NCBI GenBank assembly: GCA_023231475.1
Contig: JALJEE010001998.1
Span: forward strand, 1 to 54,698
DNA from: Seison nebaliae
Taxonomy: Eukaryota
Length of the DNA stretch: 54,698 nt
Direction of reading: 5' to 3'
This document shows, in pieces, positions 51,176 to 54,698 of the stretch. The notes under the pieces were generated by a model. It searched no databases and was not told the DNA's origin. It saw nothing but the letters and a program-made list of their open reading frames with translations. The translations under genes and the position numbers were made by a program. Within the stretch, counting starts at the first letter, position 1. Each line of letters begins with the position of its first letter.

Positions 51176-52378
51176 TTAGTATTTCGTTAACGTATCAATC
51201 CAATCTTTGAAACCGGATATTCGAGTGTAAGCGGCTCCATCTCCACAATTATCGGCTCCAAATGATGCAATACCCGACAAGAACCAATGTCCATGTCTAT
51301 AACACATCAAAGGACTTCCACTGTCACCTTTAAAATTAAAATATTTTAGACGTTTGATACTTTTTCATTTTTTAAAAAATGAACCTCCGCAAATACCTTT
51401 GTGTCCACCGGTATTTCCTGCACAAACATTTTTATATTTATTCACTTTCGTCTTGAATTTAGCAAGACATTTGGAATTAGATAAAACTGGAGTATCAGCT
51501 TCTTGTAATTTGGTTGATGCTGGTCCTCCTACAACCAATATATTTTGTTTTCTTTATTAACATAATGATTATTGTAACCTTGATAACTGGATCCCCAACC
51601 GACAGAAACACAATGAGCCAAATCATAATTGAAATCATAGTCAGCGTAACAAGCTGGCATGGTATAAGAATCGAAATAAATTGGTTTCTTTAAAAAAGAG
51701 GATTAGAAAATAAAAAATAAGTACGTAAAAACTCTAACATCTAAACGTAAAACAGCGATGTCATTTTCAACATATTTTGCATGTTGGTCAAATTTCGGAT
51801 GGACAATCACTTTTGTTACACCATAAAATTTACGATGACTTTCAAAAGATTTTTGGCGATCAGTTTGGCCCACCACAACAGTTAAATCTCTTGCATTCAA
51901 TGATCCAATGCAATGTCCTGCTGTAATTACATAATTTCGATTCCAAATAACACCACCACAATTATGATTTCCAAAGGATGTTATTTCAATCTGCAAAATC
52001 CTTTACTTCACTTTATAGTTAAATAATCTAACATTCCATGGCCAAGCGTTACTTCTCGAATAATGACCACCAACAATTCGTTCTATTGACCGTGAAACTG
52101 GTGACAGACCACATTGATCACTTTTGCCAGAAGTACTTGGCCAGTCAATTTGGTCACATGGTAAGCAGCATTTTCCTGGCAACACTTTAGCTACATGACA
52201 AACGATACTTGGGTGTTTACACAGATTTTTATTACAACTTGTCAGTGTGCAACTCCCATGCCGTGTGGAACATTCCCCAGCGAAAGCTCCAGCTATGCAT
52301 AAAGAAAATAAAATTGCTAAAAATTAGTCTAGTCATAATATTATAATATGATGGAAAAAAAAAACCAAAAATTCTCAT
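51176..52378 (-). CDS. Secreted S1A serine protease with N-terminal Cys-rich module, 317 aa, 6 exons
   Basis: Signal MRIFAILFSLCIAGAFAG, activation site R-IVGG, triad TAGHC / NDIAVL / GDSGSP. Introns: 52317-52365, 51991-52032, 51688-51738, 51529-51578, 51328-51384. Confidence 0.92.
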
Positions 52379-53673
52379 TATAGTTTAAATCTCGTAATTG
52401 TCAAAATAATTACAAGTTACTCAGAAACAGTAGAAAGCCTATTTATCAGTACTTTATGCGAAAACATCCATATGCAACTGTGAACGTTCGAAGAGAAACA
52501 TTACCTTAAGAATAATATCAGATTCTAAATGACTAAAATTAATAATTATTAAACTTTATTTTGACACACATCAATGTTCTAAATGTTACAGAAAAAAATA
52601 TAAACAATTTCAAAATTGTGACCGTGTTAAAACAACATCAGTTGGGAAGAGTTTGCAGCAACCAAAAGTTGATTGACTGGGTCATATATCATTTTGTTTC
52701 AACTAGGTTTATTGTGTTATAAATTATCAAATTGATGCTGAGTTGCATATAAGATATTATTTCAAATATTTATTAACTATATATTAATAATTTTTGCTAA
52801 CAGATTGAGAACGTTTTTAGCATAATTTTCCAACATTATCTTTGTAGGAATGATATACTTATTTGTTTAGTGAACATAAGAAAATGGAAAAAAGTGTGAG
52901 TCTAATTATTAGACTCTAATACAGTATATTAACGAACTGATATTGATTAATATGATATTGTAAGTTTATTATGTGTAGTATTATGTGGTAAAGAGGTGTT
53001 ATGTTTAATAGAATGTAGTTCAAAATTTTAACAGATATTTTGCTTACTTCCTGTAATCTGGTAAATCTGCAGCAAGTCTGAAAAATTGTCATTATATTTT
53101 CAACTTTAAAGTAATTATTAATTGTACGTAATAGATTCCATATTATTAACATTATATGTTAACAACAAGACATTTTGCCGGTTCCGATATCTGAAAAGGA
53201 TAAACATTAAACTATTCTTATTTCGTAAAAGCAAATATATAAAATGTATACAATAAAAGTGCCATTCGACTTGCGAATGTTGATGAAATATTTGGAGAAT
53301 ACCACCATAATTTAATTTAATTTCGTTTTATTTCGACAATGTAATTATATAATTATATTTTTATAATAATTATAATTAACAAACATTTTTGAACGTATTT
53401 AATTGAACATGTTCTTCGATTACCACTCGTACTAAAAAGTTCATAATCTGCACGAGTTCAATTAAATAAGACAATAAACGTTGTTGATTTACATTTTATA
53501 TAATCATATTAAGTACCTAATTGGGCAGTAGAGAGATGTAGATTTACAATTAGAAATAGAATATATTTATATTTTTAAGTATTCAATTTTCACAATTCGC
53601 AATATTGAACGAAGTTAAAATAATTTAAAATTTACCATTCTTAGCAACGATATTTGAATATCCCAATTTTAAT

Positions 53674-54117
53674 TTACCGGAAAAAGAACATAAGTGGAGT
53701 TGTTGTACTACTTATCGGAGTAGATGTTTCTTCAATTTCTTCTGTTGTTGCAGTGGTTACCGCATTAGATGTTTCAATAATTTCTTCGCTTGTTCTATAA
53801 TCCATTACTTGGGTCGTTGCAATTTTTTGAGGAACGGATGTCGCAGTTTGAGTGACACCTAGTATATTTTGCAGTTCTAGTAAGAATCCGACATGTTCTT
53901 TCAAATATGTTATTAATTGACTAAAATCAGGTTGTTCGGATTGCTGTTGGTTAGGTTGGGGTCGTTTAGACTGTTGTTGGGGATATTTATATTGATATTG
54001 ATATTGAGGATATTGAAGTGCAGAAGGATATTGTAAAGGAGAAGGATTTTGTCCTGGTCTATATCCCTGACCCAATAACACACCAAAGATACCGAAGAGA
54101 ATTATTGATTTGAACAT
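53674..54117 (-). CDS. Small secreted protein with QYP/QY repeats and a Thr/Glu-rich mucin-like tail (3' end uncertain)
   Basis: Signal peptide MFKSIILFGIFGVLLG; LQYPSALQYPQYQYQYKYPQQQ; repeated EEI(I/E)ETS. A GTT..AAG 50-nt intron candidate begins within the last codons, so the true C-terminus may differ. Confidence 0.7.
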   Translation of the reverse strand: MFKSIILFGIFGVLLGQGYRPGQNPSPLQYPSALQYPQYQYQYKYPQQQSKRPQPNQQQSEQPDFSQLITYLKEHVGFLLELQNILGVTQTATSVPQKIATTQVMDYRTSEEIIETSNAVTTATTEEIEETSTPISSTTTPLMFFFR

Positions 54118-54458
54118 TTTGGAAGATTTCTTGTGAAAACTTTTTACTGATTTTGAGCACTCAATTTTTTAACTTTATATTCGAATCATTTAACAATATC
54201 TTCTTAATCAATATTCATCAAACAATATTACTATTTATTTTCAACATAATCTTGTTGAAAATTGCAGTTCTTTGGGTCTGTTTCCATCTTTAATATTGAT
54301 TCTACTCTTTTATGATTATTATAAGTGCTTTGTCAATATTTTTATTGTTTGTTCTGATTCTTAACACTATTTCATTATTTACTTATGAAACTGATCAATT
54401 TAATAATTAAATGGTACTTAGGTTCAATCGTCTTAGGCATCCGTCTTAGACAGTTATC

Positions 54459-54698
54459 TTAGACGGATTTTCTACAGTTAGGAGGAGTTAAAATTGGCTT
54501 GGCACTGTTTACAACCAGTACAAGATCATCTGCATACGCGTAGACCGAGGGATATACAATGGTCCTCAAAGTAAACGAATGTGTTCGATTACAATTAATG
54601 ATAGCTTCATCCAATATTCTGCCAAATATCCATGGAGCAAGAATTGATCCTTGACGTACACCTTTATTGATATTGAATTCACGGTCAATAGAATTCGA
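54459..54698 (-). mobile_element. Non-LTR retrotransposon (LINE) reverse transcriptase fragment, cut by the window edge and 3'-truncated
   Basis: Not in the ORF track. The minus frame from 54698 reads SNSIDREFNINKGVRQGSILAPWIFGRILDEAI...VYAYADDLVLVVNSAKP...*, containing the GVRQG-LxP and YADD motifs. Confidence 0.9.

Noticed and set aside
52317..52336. Apparent frameshift in the protease signal peptide (ATG ACT AGA CTA ATT TTT AGC out of frame)
   Set aside because: Resolved by a 13-nt first coding exon (52378-52366) and a 49-nt GTT..TAG intron, so it is neither a pseudogene nor an error.
54414..54465. TTAGG telomere-like units
   Set aside because: Only two dispersed TTAGG copies, not a tandem array.

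Overview
AT-rich, compact animal nuclear DNA read with the standard genetic code. The style suggests a small-genome spiralian such as a syndermatan, but the species cannot be established from sequence alone. In order, the window holds: decayed LTR-retrotransposon relics (1-3.4 kb); an intronless type II membrane ORF; a Rac/RhoG-family GTPase with a ~290-aa C-terminal extension; a 6-finger C2H2 protein; an OTUD7/Cezanne deubiquitinase; and a 10.3-kb single-exon type III classical cadherin. A dense, intron-rich cluster follows: SDF4/Cab45, IST1, WARS, an X-box-preceded candidate ciliary protein and two secreted ferritin-like paralogues. After that come a large disordered ORF, an S1 protease, a small secreted protein and a truncated LINE RT at the right edge. 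The main result is a divergent splice code. I reconstructed 34 introns by hand from frame and homology. 32 start GTT, 2 start GTG and none GTA; only 6 have +5 G; 13 end in AAG; 33 are 40-63 nt. In all 34 the acceptor is the first AG ending at least 40 nt from the donor, which looks like ruler-type intron definition.
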